Source of the DNA: a virus
Strand: one strand, 5' to 3'
IMG/VR virus record: IMGVR_UViG_3300045988_070909
Location: 78,626 to 142,625 of that record
DNA: 64,000 bases
Position numbers and translations under genes: made by a program. The stretch's first letter is position 1. Each line of letters opens with the position of its first letter. The notes beneath the pieces were generated by a model that saw nothing but the letters and a program-made list of their open reading frames with translations, ran no database searches and had not been told where the DNA came from. Below, piece after piece: positions 10,132-20,147 of this stretch.

Positions 10132-10519
10132 CAGCAGTATTTACTCTCATGTTAGTTCCGAGTAATATTGCTATCTTTAGCAAATCGTCTTGATTGTCAC
10201 AAAATATATTATCTAAAATATAGTTTGCATAATCAACAATTCTAACTCTCTTTCCTATAGCACCATATTTTTCGTTAAGCCATTTAAGCTGAGGAGCAAA
10301 ATCTTCTAGGTCGTCCCCTAAATGCCGTAAAGCCTTCCTAATAGGAACAGGAAACCACATTTTCTCCTTTATCCAGTCTAAATGACAATAACCAAACGCA
10401 AATGCTCTACTTAAATCCTTCTGAATAAACTCGTCTAACTCGAAATTTCTCTCATGCCTACCAGCTTCCTCGAAATCATCTTTCAAATCCTCACAAAAAA
10501 TCTGATTAAATTCAATCAT
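10106..10519 (-). CDS. hypothetical protein
   Basis: 137-aa ORF. Confidence 0.5.
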   Translation of the reverse strand: MIEFNQIFCEDLKDDFEEAGRHERNFELDEFIQKDLSRAFAFGYCHLDWIKEKMWFPVPIRKALRHLGDDLEDFAPQLKWLNEKYGAIGKRVRIVDYANYILDNIFCDNQDDLLKIAILLGTNMRVNTADEQARSVH

Positions 10520-10904
10520 AACTCCAAGTTTCTAGGCAAGCTATAAGTTCCAGCATCCCATATCTGCAAATAACCTTGAATGGTCCAGTAGCTATAGAAA
10601 GATAAGGACTTTTGTTGTCATTGTACAGCTTCATTACTTCTCTTAGTAGTACGCTAGCATTTCTGGATAGTTCGTAAAGAGTGGGAACTCTGTATTCGTT
10701 CGGACCTACATACATTTTCCATGTACTTTTGCCTATACAGCGACCCTCGTCATCATATTCTCTATGACTCTTGTCCCACTGCATATACTCCAGAACCTTA
10801 TCAAAATCAAAGTTCTCCATAATGCTTTTGTATTGTTCCTCCAATGGGGGACAATCATCCCTTGTCAGGACTGTTCTCTTTGTTTTGCTCATTTTTTGTA
10901 ACAA
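10512..10904 (-). CDS. hypothetical protein
   Basis: 130-aa ORF. Confidence 0.5.
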   Translation of the reverse strand: MLQKMSKTKRTVLTRDDCPPLEEQYKSIMENFDFDKVLEYMQWDKSHREYDDEGRCIGKSTWKMYVGPNEYRVPTLYELSRNASVLLREVMKLYNDNKSPYLSIATGPFKVICRYGMLELIACLETWSYD

Positions 10905-11197
10905 TTAACAAGATTCTGTAAGTTGGACAACTTATCAGTTCTTACACTGACCAGTAGCCCACCCTTACGTAAGTTGTAACTAAGTTTAATTCCGCAATGA
11001 TTTAGAATTTCGATAAACTCTCTCAATGCGCTTCCCTTTAACACATTTCTGTAGACTAGTTTCTGACCATCTTGATATCCTGCTCGATAGTATTCATTCG
11101 CAACATCAGAAATAAGCCATCGCTTAATAGGAGATACCCTACTTAAGAGTTCATTGACTCTGGTTGCGATAAAATCCATATTACTGAATACTATCAA
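10889..11197 (-). CDS. hypothetical protein
   Basis: 102-aa ORF. Confidence 0.5.
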   Translation of the reverse strand: MIVFSNMDFIATRVNELLSRVSPIKRWLISDVANEYYRAGYQDGQKLVYRNVLKGSALREFIEILNHCGIKLSYNLRKGGLLVSVRTDKLSNLQNLVNCYKK

Positions 11198-11354
11198 TTA
11201 CAAGACTATCCACACCTAGAGTGTCTACACTCATTGTGTCAGCAACTTCTTTAACGATTGCGATAGAATCGTTTTCTGGAGCCTGAGTCTTTGTATTACC
11301 TGCACAAGCAGACATCAGTGCAACCATTCCGAAAAGCAATAGTACTTTCTTCAT
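11181..11354 (-). CDS. small lipoprotein (58 aa, below the ORF-track threshold)
   Basis: MKKVLLLFGMVALMSAC signal peptide plus lipobox, read by eye. Confidence 0.35.
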   Translation of the reverse strand: MKKVLLLFGMVALMSACAGNTKTQAPENDSIAIVKEVADTMSVDTLGVDSLVIDSIQ

Positions 11355-11822
11355 TTTTCTTAATTTAAATTAGTTAATAATCATTTTATCTATCAAAAAA
11401 AAGAGTGGTTCCAGTATCTGTGCTTCACCAGATACTTTCCCCACTCCTATCACTCCGAAGAGCTTGTACCATTATTAGGTTGGTCAACCTCCCTCTTCAT
11501 CTTGTTGAGAATTTGGGATAATAGTCACCAAGTTTAAAGATTACTTGTAACTGAAGCAAAAGGCTAGAATCCCGAAGGGATTCCGTAACTCCTTCAACAC
11601 GTGGTTGACGAGCTATGTAGGAAGCTAACGCGCAGGCAAAGATGAAGCCGTAGTCAAAGACCTAGCTACACTAACAAAGACTAAGACACTCAATTAGAGA
11701 GTAGGTTGTAAATTTTTGTGTAGCCAGCGAATAAAGATTAAATCCATGCGGATTTAAGAATATACTGTTCATAATTATTCCTGTTAAGTATGTTATGTTA
11801 GCTTCCTACGGAAGTCCTCTAA

Positions 11823-12728
11823 TTACTTAGAGGAAGAGTCGCCTTGTCTCCTAATCTCTTCGAAAATATCTAAAAGATTCTTAGGCAAAGCGATTTTTAG
11901 TTTGGAAATACGTTCCATTTCAGAAGTTTTCCAACTATTGAAACGACTTCTCAACTCTCCTAATTCGGAGGTATATTTATCGTATTTTGCTTTAAATTCA
12001 GCCATTTTCTCACGATACTCTTGTTCTTGAGTGTTAGAAAGTTTATTAACCTCCTCCTTAAGCTCAGCTTTAAGAGCATTTAACTCCTTCTCGTAAGAAC
12101 GATAGGTGTCTTGAAGAGACATGAACATATTGTCCACCTTTTCTACTTCGATGGTAGGGTCTTGGTAGTAGAGAATTAAATCTCTTCCAGAGCCTTCCTT
12201 ATAGATAGGACAATTCTCAGCTGCATGAACTTCTTTTCGTGCCTTACTAAAGGCTCCTTTTGGATGAATATACTTTCCATAGGTAGAAGCAAACGCCTCT
12301 AATCTTAGGAATTTATTTCTCTTGTTAATATCCCACGACTTTATGATAGTTTCTTCAGTCGGAGAAGGTAGAGCTTCTGGATACTTAGGCTGCTCTGGCA
12401 GTCCTATTCCCTGACTTTCTGCCCAATCATCAAGCATAGTAGCAGATACTTTGCCAATCATTCCTTCTTTCTCTTTGATAGCTTCTCGTACCCAAGCACA
12501 AAAACTATTCATGGCAGCGACCTTTTCCAAATCATCTTTTATAAAGTCAAGGGACTTTTGTCCTACTGTCATTAACTGCTTTTCTCCTCCACCGATAGAG
12601 GCTACAGATACTTGAAAGAATTTCACATTATTCAAGCGTTCCTGTGCTGCTTGAATCATTTCTTGTGCGATGTTCGCATAAAAGTTTGCTGACGTAGAAG
12701 TCAACCCTTCATTTCCAAAAAAATACAC
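11823..12728 (-). CDS. hypothetical protein with C-terminal coiled coil
   Basis: 301-aa ORF. Confidence 0.55.
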   Translation of the reverse strand: MYFFGNEGLTSTSANFYANIAQEMIQAAQERLNNVKFFQVSVASIGGGEKQLMTVGQKSLDFIKDDLEKVAAMNSFCAWVREAIKEKEGMIGKVSATMLDDWAESQGIGLPEQPKYPEALPSPTEETIIKSWDINKRNKFLRLEAFASTYGKYIHPKGAFSKARKEVHAAENCPIYKEGSGRDLILYYQDPTIEVEKVDNMFMSLQDTYRSYEKELNALKAELKEEVNKLSNTQEQEYREKMAEFKAKYDKYTSELGELRSRFNSWKTSEMERISKLKIALPKNLLDIFEEIRRQGDSSSK

Positions 12729-12925
12729 TGTTCATATTAGTTACGTTTTGTTAGTTTATCCACAACATTAATTATTGATTCTTCTCCTGCTATAAATCCA
12801 TCACGATGAACATTTCTAAGTAAACTCTTCAGAGATTCTAATTCTTCATCTGACTTTAGAGTATTTTTTCTATATATTTCAATAAGTTCTTCTATATATC
12901 TTTCCATATTATTGATATTAAATTA

Positions 12926-13011
12926 GTACCCGAAGTGGGACTCGAACCCACACGCCCATTACTGGGCATCAGAGCTTAAATCTGACGTGTCTACCAATTC
13001 CACCATTCGGG
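12926..13011 (-). tRNA. tRNA-Leu (anticodon UAA), class II
   Basis: Cloverleaf read by eye: acceptor GCCCGAA/TTCGGGT, anticodon loop TTTAAGC, long variable arm, T-loop GGTTCGAGTCC. Confidence 0.8.
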
Positions 13012-13098
13012 CATAGTAATTAGCTATACTCACGTACCGCTAATCAACTTACTATAATAACAGTACAAGTGTTAAATTCAAAGTTAAAAACCGTTAAC

Positions 13099-13413
13099 TT
13101 ATTTAAACTGCAAACAAATGTTAATAAATTTATCGACATCAGTTCCGCAATCTACATAATTCGGAGTGTTAGCTTCGAAGTATTTGAGAACGGCCTCTGT
13201 TCCAAAAAGTCCTATCTCTTCGAAGTCATACCCCTCACCGTGAATATCCGATGTAGGCATATTTGGTCTGAATACTAACCAGGCTGTACCAGGAAATTCA
13301 CAACACGTACAAACAGTCAATCCACTTTCTCTTAGTTTATCTAAGATTTGTGGACTAACTGTTTTCAATACGACACAATTATCCGAGTTCTGCAAGTCGT
13401 TGTCTGATTTCAT
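13099..13413 (-). CDS. hypothetical protein
   Basis: 104-aa ORF. Confidence 0.5.
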   Translation of the reverse strand: MKSDNDLQNSDNCVVLKTVSPQILDKLRESGLTVCTCCEFPGTAWLVFRPNMPTSDIHGEGYDFEEIGLFGTEAVLKYFEANTPNYVDCGTDVDKFINICLQFK

Positions 13414-13753
13414 CTTCGGACATACTTTCCATTTTCTCGGACTGTTTCTTAGCCAGCAGTTCAGTCAGGCGTGCCTTCTCAGCTGCCTTATCTTTAGCTG
13501 CTTCTCTAGCGGCCTTGTCTTTCAGCTTATTAGTGATAACATCTTTCACAATATTGAACTTTAACTCCAGTTCGCTATTGCTAGGAGTATCATTAGTTAT
13601 GAAAGATTTTCTAGGACTCTTGGCTAATTCCTCGTCATAGGACACTGCCAGTCTGTCCAATGCAGGCAGACTTAAGTCCCACAAATCTTCCACACTCAAA
13701 TTACCTTTACTAGTTGCAAAGCGCAACTTCATTTTAGACGCTTGTTTGTACAT
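13379..13753 (-). CDS. hypothetical protein (Lys/Ala/Glu-rich C-terminus)
   Basis: 124-aa ORF. Confidence 0.5.
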   Translation of the reverse strand: MYKQASKMKLRFATSKGNLSVEDLWDLSLPALDRLAVSYDEELAKSPRKSFITNDTPSNSELELKFNIVKDVITNKLKDKAAREAAKDKAAEKARLTELLAKKQSEKMESMSEDEIRQRLAELG

Positions 13754-13755
13754 AA

Positions 13756-15771
13756 TTAGAATTTAATTTTAAATGGTTTATTATCGACTTTAACTACAAC
13801 CTCGTCGTGAGACGTACTAGAGAATCCTAGTCCACTCAACTGGTTATCGTTGTATTCTGCTTTAGCTCTAGAGCCAATAGCTTCGAATACTCTCTTATGA
13901 TCTTTTTCGAGATCGGGTCTCAGATATTCATTGAAGAATCCTCGAACTGGGTCAGGATTTTTACATCCATCAATCATGAAGAATAGGTGCTTGTTTCCTA
14001 TTTCATTACCTTCCCAATAATTTGGAGAATACATGATGCAAGAAACAGTTTGGAAACGCATAGTATCAATGCCCCACTCGTTCATAGACTTATATGAGGT
14101 TGCACCTTCGGCAATTACCGGACTTAGGGTTATATTACCAATAGAATCTACCTTGATAGTTGCTACCGTAATATATTTTCTGTCTGGCACCATCTTATCA
14201 TAGTTGAACTTATGAAGCTCTCCATTGATTTCGATTTCTACCTCGAATCCAAAGTCTATATGCTCTCTTTTGCAGAAGTTATGCACTCTCACTACATATT
14301 GACCTGCTCTGAGTCTAGATTGGTCAGTCCAGATAATATTCTCAACTGCATCTCTGGTTTTACCAGAACCAGCGTTCATATCTACATCTAGTGTACCACC
14401 AGTTAATCCTCTCTTGTGTCCGTAATAGATTTCATTACCACCAGGTTCTGTTACATGGAGGTCAAGGTCATCATAGTTAAACCAGTGTAGAGAACACCTT
14501 AGGAATCCATTTACGTTACCACCTGCTGCTTTCACTTTCTCCTTAAATGAATCCGCCATAGAGCCATTATACACCCAAGCGAAGTTATTCTTCCATTTGA
14601 ACAGCTGACCTGCATCAGGGTTCTCTGGAGCAGTTAGGGTAACAAAATTAGGAATATGCTTATTCTCAACAAGAATTTGCACATCCTTAGAGTGCGGCAA
14701 TACATTAGTTACAAACTCCGAAATTGAGATTTCAGTAGCTTTGGTATACTCTTTAGGATTAACCATTGAGGTCTCTTTTAAAGAGTCAAATATACCTCCT
14801 TTCATACGTGAACGAGTATCTCTATTTACGAACAGAACGTCGTTTACAGAAATATCTTCTACACGAGCATGACGGCGAGGAAGGGCATCAGTTAACCCAA
14901 GTTCTTCAACCTTCTTCTGAGCAGCCTCAATTTGTTTCTTAGTAATAAGAGCAGTAGGTCTCTTATAGTTAGATGGAGCCATAATGTTCTCATAAGACTT
15001 AACAGCTCTTTCCAGGTCCACACCATTACTTAAGTCAATCAGTAGAGTTCCCATAGCTGTATTTCTAATCTTAGCTATTGGAGATTTGAAGTTAAACCAA
15101 CAATAGTTAGTGCGAACCTCTGGTGAGAGATTATCGGCCTCAAGCATAGTTCTTCTGAACTCTTGCAGAGTCTTTAGGAACTCCTCTCCGCGATAGAGAT
15201 TATTATCCTCTATCAACTCAATTACGGTTTCTACCGCACTTAGTTTAAGCTCGGAAAGAGAGCGTTCAAAGACACCAGCTCTAGCTCTAACATCTCCGCG
15301 ATAACCTGCGGCAGAATCGAAATGATGTACTCTCTTGTTGAATTTAAACTTGTTAGGAATAGTCACGTACAAGTGAGTCCAAGTTCTAGTAGTTCCATCA
15401 GGAAGAAGTTGCACATTATGGTCACAACCGTGAAACTCATTAACATCCTGAATGAATATATCTCCTATTCCAGCTTCCTTAACGAGCTTAGCTAAATCAG
15501 ATGCGGTCTTTTCATAGCCAGGAGTGTGAACATCATCCCAGAAGGTTTTCACCTTGTAGGTTTGAGGGTCTATAGCGACTACCTTACCATAGTGACGTAT
15601 GAAAGACTTACAAGCATTACAATTGTGATCTTGCCGAATTGTTTCGTCCTCAAAGGAGAGAAGATAACTCATCCACAAAAGGTCTTTGTCTACATTAACT
15701 ACAAATAAATTATCTGCAATCATAGCATTGAAAGCAGACTCTACATCTTTCTTGAAATCTTTAAAATTCAT
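13756..15771 (-). CDS. large hypothetical protein (671 aa)
   Basis: Long ORF; no motif I could assign with confidence. Confidence 0.6.
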   Translation of the reverse strand: MNFKDFKKDVESAFNAMIADNLFVVNVDKDLLWMSYLLSFEDETIRQDHNCNACKSFIRHYGKVVAIDPQTYKVKTFWDDVHTPGYEKTASDLAKLVKEAGIGDIFIQDVNEFHGCDHNVQLLPDGTTRTWTHLYVTIPNKFKFNKRVHHFDSAAGYRGDVRARAGVFERSLSELKLSAVETVIELIEDNNLYRGEEFLKTLQEFRRTMLEADNLSPEVRTNYCWFNFKSPIAKIRNTAMGTLLIDLSNGVDLERAVKSYENIMAPSNYKRPTALITKKQIEAAQKKVEELGLTDALPRRHARVEDISVNDVLFVNRDTRSRMKGGIFDSLKETSMVNPKEYTKATEISISEFVTNVLPHSKDVQILVENKHIPNFVTLTAPENPDAGQLFKWKNNFAWVYNGSMADSFKEKVKAAGGNVNGFLRCSLHWFNYDDLDLHVTEPGGNEIYYGHKRGLTGGTLDVDMNAGSGKTRDAVENIIWTDQSRLRAGQYVVRVHNFCKREHIDFGFEVEIEINGELHKFNYDKMVPDRKYITVATIKVDSIGNITLSPVIAEGATSYKSMNEWGIDTMRFQTVSCIMYSPNYWEGNEIGNKHLFFMIDGCKNPDPVRGFFNEYLRPDLEKDHKRVFEAIGSRAKAEYNDNQLSGLGFSSTSHDEVVVKVDNKPFKIKF

Positions 15772-15852
15772 AATCTTTATTCGTTAAATATTTGATTGCA
15801 TAATATAATAGTTAGACCAGTCATAACTGCGGTCTCAAAACCCATTACTTCC

Positions 15853-16119
15853 CTAGTTACTAATAGTATTGTTCCCATCAGAACTATTACTAGTAATCTT
15901 ACTAATTCCTTTTTCCACCATTTCATGCTCTAGCTTCTTCAAAGTTTCTACACTCTCCTCATTGAACTTATCCACTCCCAGCTCACTAATCTTATATATC
16001 ATAAGAATTTGGTGAAATCTTAGATAAGGATATTGGTCAATGATTTGACTCAATCTAGTTAATATCTTGAAATTAGCTTTCTTTCTAAATTTGATAGCTT
16101 CTTCAATTTGAGCTTCCAT
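15853..16119 (-). CDS. hypothetical protein
   Basis: 88-aa ORF. Confidence 0.45.
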   Translation of the reverse strand: MEAQIEEAIKFRKKANFKILTRLSQIIDQYPYLRFHQILMIYKISELGVDKFNEESVETLKKLEHEMVEKGISKITSNSSDGNNTISN

Positions 16120-16597
16120 ATTTATTAAGTATATCTAATTCCAATTCCTTAACTTTACTTTCATACAAGGAATCCTCAGCGTAGCCAATTCTGTCTAGGA
16201 ATTTGTAATAATCCTCTTCTGGGTTATACTTACTAAGGATAAATTGCTTATAAGCGAACACACAGCTTATCCAACTATCGAACTTGAAGTAAGACATTGT
16301 TCTGGAGTTATACAACCCGAACAGATTGTTATTGTCCTTACAAAGTTTCGATTTAAAATTGCCAGATTCCAGAACAGCCTGAGCTGTTATAATTGCTGGA
16401 TTTGGAAAATCGTAATGCTTCAAAGTATTGTACAATACTTCTTCGTTTACTTCATCCAATAAGTAGAATGGATGCTCTGGCAGCAATACCATTTCCTCCT
16501 GTTTCTGATTGAAATGTATCAGATGATGCAAAGAATAACCAGTTGCAAATCCGAATACAATACTAATCATAAGGATAATTAAAACTTTCTTTTTCAT
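16103..16597 (-). CDS. peptidoglycan glucosaminidase (GH73-like), membrane-anchored
   Basis: N-terminal TM helix; AQAVLESGNFKS....NNLFG matches the GH73/FlgJ glucosaminidase motif. Confidence 0.65.
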   Translation of the reverse strand: MKKKVLIILMISIVFGFATGYSLHHLIHFNQKQEEMVLLPEHPFYLLDEVNEEVLYNTLKHYDFPNPAIITAQAVLESGNFKSKLCKDNNNLFGLYNSRTMSYFKFDSWISCVFAYKQFILSKYNPEEDYYKFLDRIGYAEDSLYESKVKELELDILNKYGSSN

Positions 16598-16751
16598 AAA
16601 ACTTCTTCTTCTATTAATCTAATATCCCAGTAATTTTGAGTTACCGCCCATTCTATAGCGTCTTTCTTCTCTAGAAAAAGAGGAGAGATCTTCTCATAGT
16701 TTATAGGGACTTGCCCGTCATATGCCGTGGGAATTGAAATATAATATACTT

Positions 16752-17054
16752 TCATATCTCAATTGAATTAATAAATCTCGCATCATTAGCTAATTGATAT
16801 ACAGTAGTATTTAGCTCTGGCACATAGACTATATAGTAGTAATCAAAGAATTGATTATTATCCTCAAATCCTATGATTACTCCTTTTCGTCCTCCATCTA
16901 CAATGCAGTCTCTATACATATATTTTGCAATATCTTGACGGATTCCGTCATGATTTATTACAGCCTGCAATGCAGAAAGTCCGTAGTAAGATGTATTTAC
17001 ACCCCTTATCTCATGTCCAAGCAAATCTTTATCAAAAGGAGAACTTACTATCAT
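16752..17054 (-). CDS. hypothetical protein
   Basis: 100-aa ORF. Confidence 0.45.
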   Translation of the reverse strand: MIVSSPFDKDLLGHEIRGVNTSYYGLSALQAVINHDGIRQDIAKYMYRDCIVDGGRKGVIIGFEDNNQFFDYYYIVYVPELNTTVYQLANDARFINSIEI

Positions 17055-17374
17055 AACAATACTTTAGTTAGGTCCTCTACAGTTAGATTAGCTATCTTCG
17101 ATAATTCACAGATTTGGTTTGAGAAATCTAGCCTTGTTTTAAGTTCTAAATCCCTCCATTGCCGTACCTCCTCTCGACTCTTTCTAAGTTCTTCTTGTAA
17201 GTAGGATATAGCCGCCCTTGCTGACTTTAATTGCTCTGTAGAACAAACGACAAAGTGCTTAGCTCCCTTCTTATTTGTAGAAGGAAGAGCGGCCTCAGCC
17301 TCTTCAATACTATCGAACTGTCCTAAGATAAAAGGAATATTATTACATTCCTTAATTAAATAGTACTTACTCAT
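17051..17374 (-). CDS. hypothetical protein
   Basis: 107-aa ORF. Confidence 0.45.
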   Translation of the reverse strand: MSKYYLIKECNNIPFILGQFDSIEEAEAALPSTNKKGAKHFVVCSTEQLKSARAAISYLQEELRKSREEVRQWRDLELKTRLDFSNQICELSKIANLTVEDLTKVLL

Positions 17375-17591
17375 CTTTAATTCCTAGATAATCCTTTAAT
17401 AATTGAATGTTTCCTTCTCTCAAATGCCGAATAAAAGCCTCCCTTTCTCTCTCAAATAGCAGAATTTTACTCTCTAACAGGTCTATTCGTCTTTGTTGAT
17501 TTTCCTCGTATTCTTCAATAGCGTCAGAAATTGCTTTAAGTATAGAAGATTCCTTCATAGCGCTACTCATTGTAGAACTCTTCGTCCCCAT
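17367..17591 (-). CDS. hypothetical protein
   Basis: 74-aa ORF. Confidence 0.4.
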   Translation of the reverse strand: MGTKSSTMSSAMKESSILKAISDAIEEYEENQQRRIDLLESKILLFEREREAFIRHLREGNIQLLKDYLGIKDE

Positions 17592-17990
17592 TATCGTCGC
17601 CTATAGGATTCTCCCATCCGTACTTTACAGCAGTAGCCTTAAACAAAGGCAACCCATACATAGCATAATTCTCTTCAGGATAATTCTCTAAGCCCTCTTC
17701 TAGAACTTGATTCCATCTTAGTACCACGTAGAACATTAGGCTAGCTGAAATGCCTCTCTGGTCTAGAGCCTTCTCAAAACCAAACTCTACGTCAGACTTA
17801 AGTTGCTCTAGGATATTCCCTCTAGTCCATTCCTTAGGCTCTGGATAAGGCTCATCACCATCGTACTTGAAGCCTATTTTTTCTAACTGCTCTTCTGTTA
17901 AAAAACTTTGCTAATCTAGAACCGAAACGGTCATCGAGAACTACGGCATAGTCTTTGTAATTGTCTAAAATCTCATTTAACGTTTTCATT
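17581..17990 (-). pseudogene. gene interrupted by a frameshift at an A6/T6 homopolymer
   Basis: ATG at 17988-17990 opens a 45-aa frame; a ~100-aa continuation lies in another frame across the TTTTTT run near 17899-17906. Confidence 0.35.
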
Positions 17991-18314
17991 TTTTACATAA
18001 TCTTTTAGGTAAATATTTTGAGGATATTCCCCGAATACTGATAGAGTTACAGCACAAATCCATACCCTGTCATTGTAATTCTTACTTTTGCATAAGTAAG
18101 TTGCTCCACATTCATCCTCCTCAATTTTAGACAACGTTATCTTAGCTGCAGCTGGGTCAACCATCTGCAATCTAACAAACTTATTATCTAGAGAATCAAG
18201 AAGTTCATCTGCACCACCAACCATTGCTAGTTCCTCTGGTGTTCCGTCGTAATCTGGCCACCAATAGAACCAGACTCCTCCAACCTTTACAAACTCAAAT
18301 GTTTTTCTCATCAA
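17973..18314 (-). CDS. hypothetical protein
   Basis: 113-aa ORF. Confidence 0.5.
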   Translation of the reverse strand: MMRKTFEFVKVGGVWFYWWPDYDGTPEELAMVGGADELLDSLDNKFVRLQMVDPAAAKITLSKIEEDECGATYLCKSKNYNDRVWICAVTLSVFGEYPQNIYLKDYVKNENVK

Positions 18315-18371
18315 TTATTAATTATATTAAACAAAAAATACCCCAACAACTTCCGCTGCTGGGGTACATAG

Positions 18372-18443
18372 TAACGCCAACGGGATTCGAACCCGTATGG
18401 CAGGCGTGAAAAGCCTGAATCCTAACCATTAGATGATGGCGCT
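18372..18443 (-). tRNA. tRNA-Glu (anticodon UUC)
   Basis: Anticodon stem CAGGC/GCCTG with loop TTTTCAC; T-loop GGGTTCGAATCCC. Confidence 0.75.
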
Positions 18444-18446
18444 ATC

Positions 18447-19121
18447 CTACTGCACAATCAAGCTATAAGCTTCTTGCAACAGTTTAATAGTTGGAACCAT
18501 ACGGTTATCAACAACTATTATTTTATAAATGTTCAGAATTTCTTTGTAGGTTAAAGATGTACAAGTTAGAAATATCTGCACATCTTCGTTTACAGAACCA
18601 TTTGACAATCCCAAATCTACTTTAATCATACTGGGTAATGTTCCAATCTGAGAAATGTCCCAAGTAGATTTAGTTCTCCTGAAAACTTCCCGCTGTTTGG
18701 AAGTAAGTTGCTTTTCTTTCAATCTAGACTCAATAATAGTACCATCAAACGTTAACGAACCTCCATCGGTATTACTATTATTTAATGCTAGCTGAATCCT
18801 CTGAACTGCAGAGTCTTTAGGTTTTGGCTTAAGTTGCACTCCTTCCTTCAAGCCCTTAATAATCTGCAATGAAGGAATAAAGTCTTTTATTTGAGTTGCA
18901 TTCCACACAAGAAATTTTCCAGGACTATCTTTAACAGTAACTATATACTTAGTCCCTCCGTTCAATGGAATAATCACTTGTAAGTCTGCATCACTCATTT
19001 TACTTAAATGGTCTGATACTCTAACTTTGACGTTTCCAATGACAAAGTAGCGAGAAACAGTTGTTTCCGCTTCGATAATCTCAGTAGCAGTTGCTACTAA
19101 ATACTTTTCCAATCTAGTCAT
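18447..19121 (-). CDS. hypothetical protein
   Basis: 224-aa ORF. Confidence 0.55.
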   Translation of the reverse strand: MTRLEKYLVATATEIIEAETTVSRYFVIGNVKVRVSDHLSKMSDADLQVIIPLNGGTKYIVTVKDSPGKFLVWNATQIKDFIPSLQIIKGLKEGVQLKPKPKDSAVQRIQLALNNSNTDGGSLTFDGTIIESRLKEKQLTSKQREVFRRTKSTWDISQIGTLPSMIKVDLGLSNGSVNEDVQIFLTCTSLTYKEILNIYKIIVVDNRMVPTIKLLQEAYSLIVQ

Positions 19122-19148
19122 AAAAATTAATCTAATTTAATGGTTAAG

Positions 19149-19221
19149 ATCCCCCACTCGGATTCGAACCGAGGTCTCGAGATTACAAATCACGTGTTCT
19201 AACCAACTAAACTACAGGGGA
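19149..19221 (-). tRNA. tRNA-Thr (anticodon UGU), probable
   Basis: Loop TTTGTAA; one mismatch in the anticodon stem; T-arm CTCGGTTCGAATCCGAG. Confidence 0.6.
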
Positions 19222-19227
19222 ATAAAT

Positions 19228-19265
19228 GCCGAGACTGGGGGATTCGAACCCCAACCTTCACAGTG
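19228..19265 (-). other. orphan tRNA 3' fragment (variable region, T-arm, acceptor strand) abutting the 3' end of tRNA-Asp
   Basis: GAAGGTTGGGGTTCGAATCCCCCAGTCTCGG parallels the Asp 3' half GAAGGTCACCAGTTCGAGTCTGGTACTCTCGG. Confidence 0.5.
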
Positions 19266-19337
19266 CCGAGAGTACCAGACTCGAACTGGTGACCTTCGCA
19301 TAGACAGTGCACTATTCTACCACTGAACTAACCCTCG
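19266..19337 (-). tRNA. tRNA-Asp (anticodon GUC)
   Basis: Acceptor CGAGGGT/ACTCTCG with discriminator G73; anticodon loop CTGTCTA. Confidence 0.65.
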
Positions 19338-19348
19338 GTGTAACTGGA

Positions 19349-19900
19349 TTACTCCAGACTAATTAAACCCTTCTCTAACATAATATGGTGATTCGGACAT
19401 AACCATACTAAATTATTCTCGTTGTTAATCTCCTTAATAAGAGTGTCTTCGTCAAATTCTAATATTCCTTTAAGATGATGTACTTCAAGTATTGCATCAA
19501 ATTCATGATTATGACAATATTGACATACTTTCTCACGTTCGGAACTTTCTAATACTCTACGAGCATTAGTCCTTATTTCTTGACATTTAGATGATAAGTA
19601 CTTCTGCCCAGATGTATAATAACCTAATGTTTTGTTACCAATTCCATTAAGTTCTTCCCAGCAACTACGACACATTTCTGAATCTTTATGCTTAGGTTTA
19701 CCACATCTAGGACATATCTTGTTTTCATCGTGCTTTATCCTACCTCTATTATTGTAAGAAGCAGCACACGAATGACTACAAAACTGTTTCTTCCTCACAT
19801 CTGCGACCCTCTGATTATCTAGTACTTCGATTACCTTACCACATTCCTTACAGTGGTTAGGATTCTCATAATACAATTTAAGAGATTGTTCTCGATTCAC
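19349..19900 (-). CDS. HNH homing endonuclease
   Basis: Cys-rich zinc-ribbon region plus HHLKG...NNLVWLCPNHH HNH motif; sits inside the tRNA array. Confidence 0.75.
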   Translation of the reverse strand: MNREQSLKLYYENPNHCKECGKVIEVLDNQRVADVRKKQFCSHSCAASYNNRGRIKHDENKICPRCGKPKHKDSEMCRSCWEELNGIGNKTLGYYTSGQKYLSSKCQEIRTNARRVLESSEREKVCQYCHNHEFDAILEVHHLKGILEFDEDTLIKEINNENNLVWLCPNHHIMLEKGLISLE

Positions 19901-20049
19901 AGATAAGTTTAATTAATTTTAATGACAGTGTGATATGCAAGCCATTACACCACAGCCTCGATATTTAATCCCAGTACCATATTTCTCTGAGGATTTTTAC
20001 TTGTTGTTTGATTTGTTCAGAAATTTTCTACATATTATTTACAGTGTTA

Positions 20050-20121
20050 GTTGGGAAGGGCAGAGTTGAACTGCCGTCTAGAAATTATCAGTTTCTTGTT
20101 CTAACCGTTAAACTACATCCC
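20050..20121 (-). tRNA. tRNA-Ile (anticodon GAU)
   Basis: Anticodon stem AGAAA/TTTCT with loop CTGATAA; T-loop TTCAACT. Confidence 0.7.
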
Positions 20122-20147
20122 AATCGGTTGAGCTATAGCCCTGTCAT

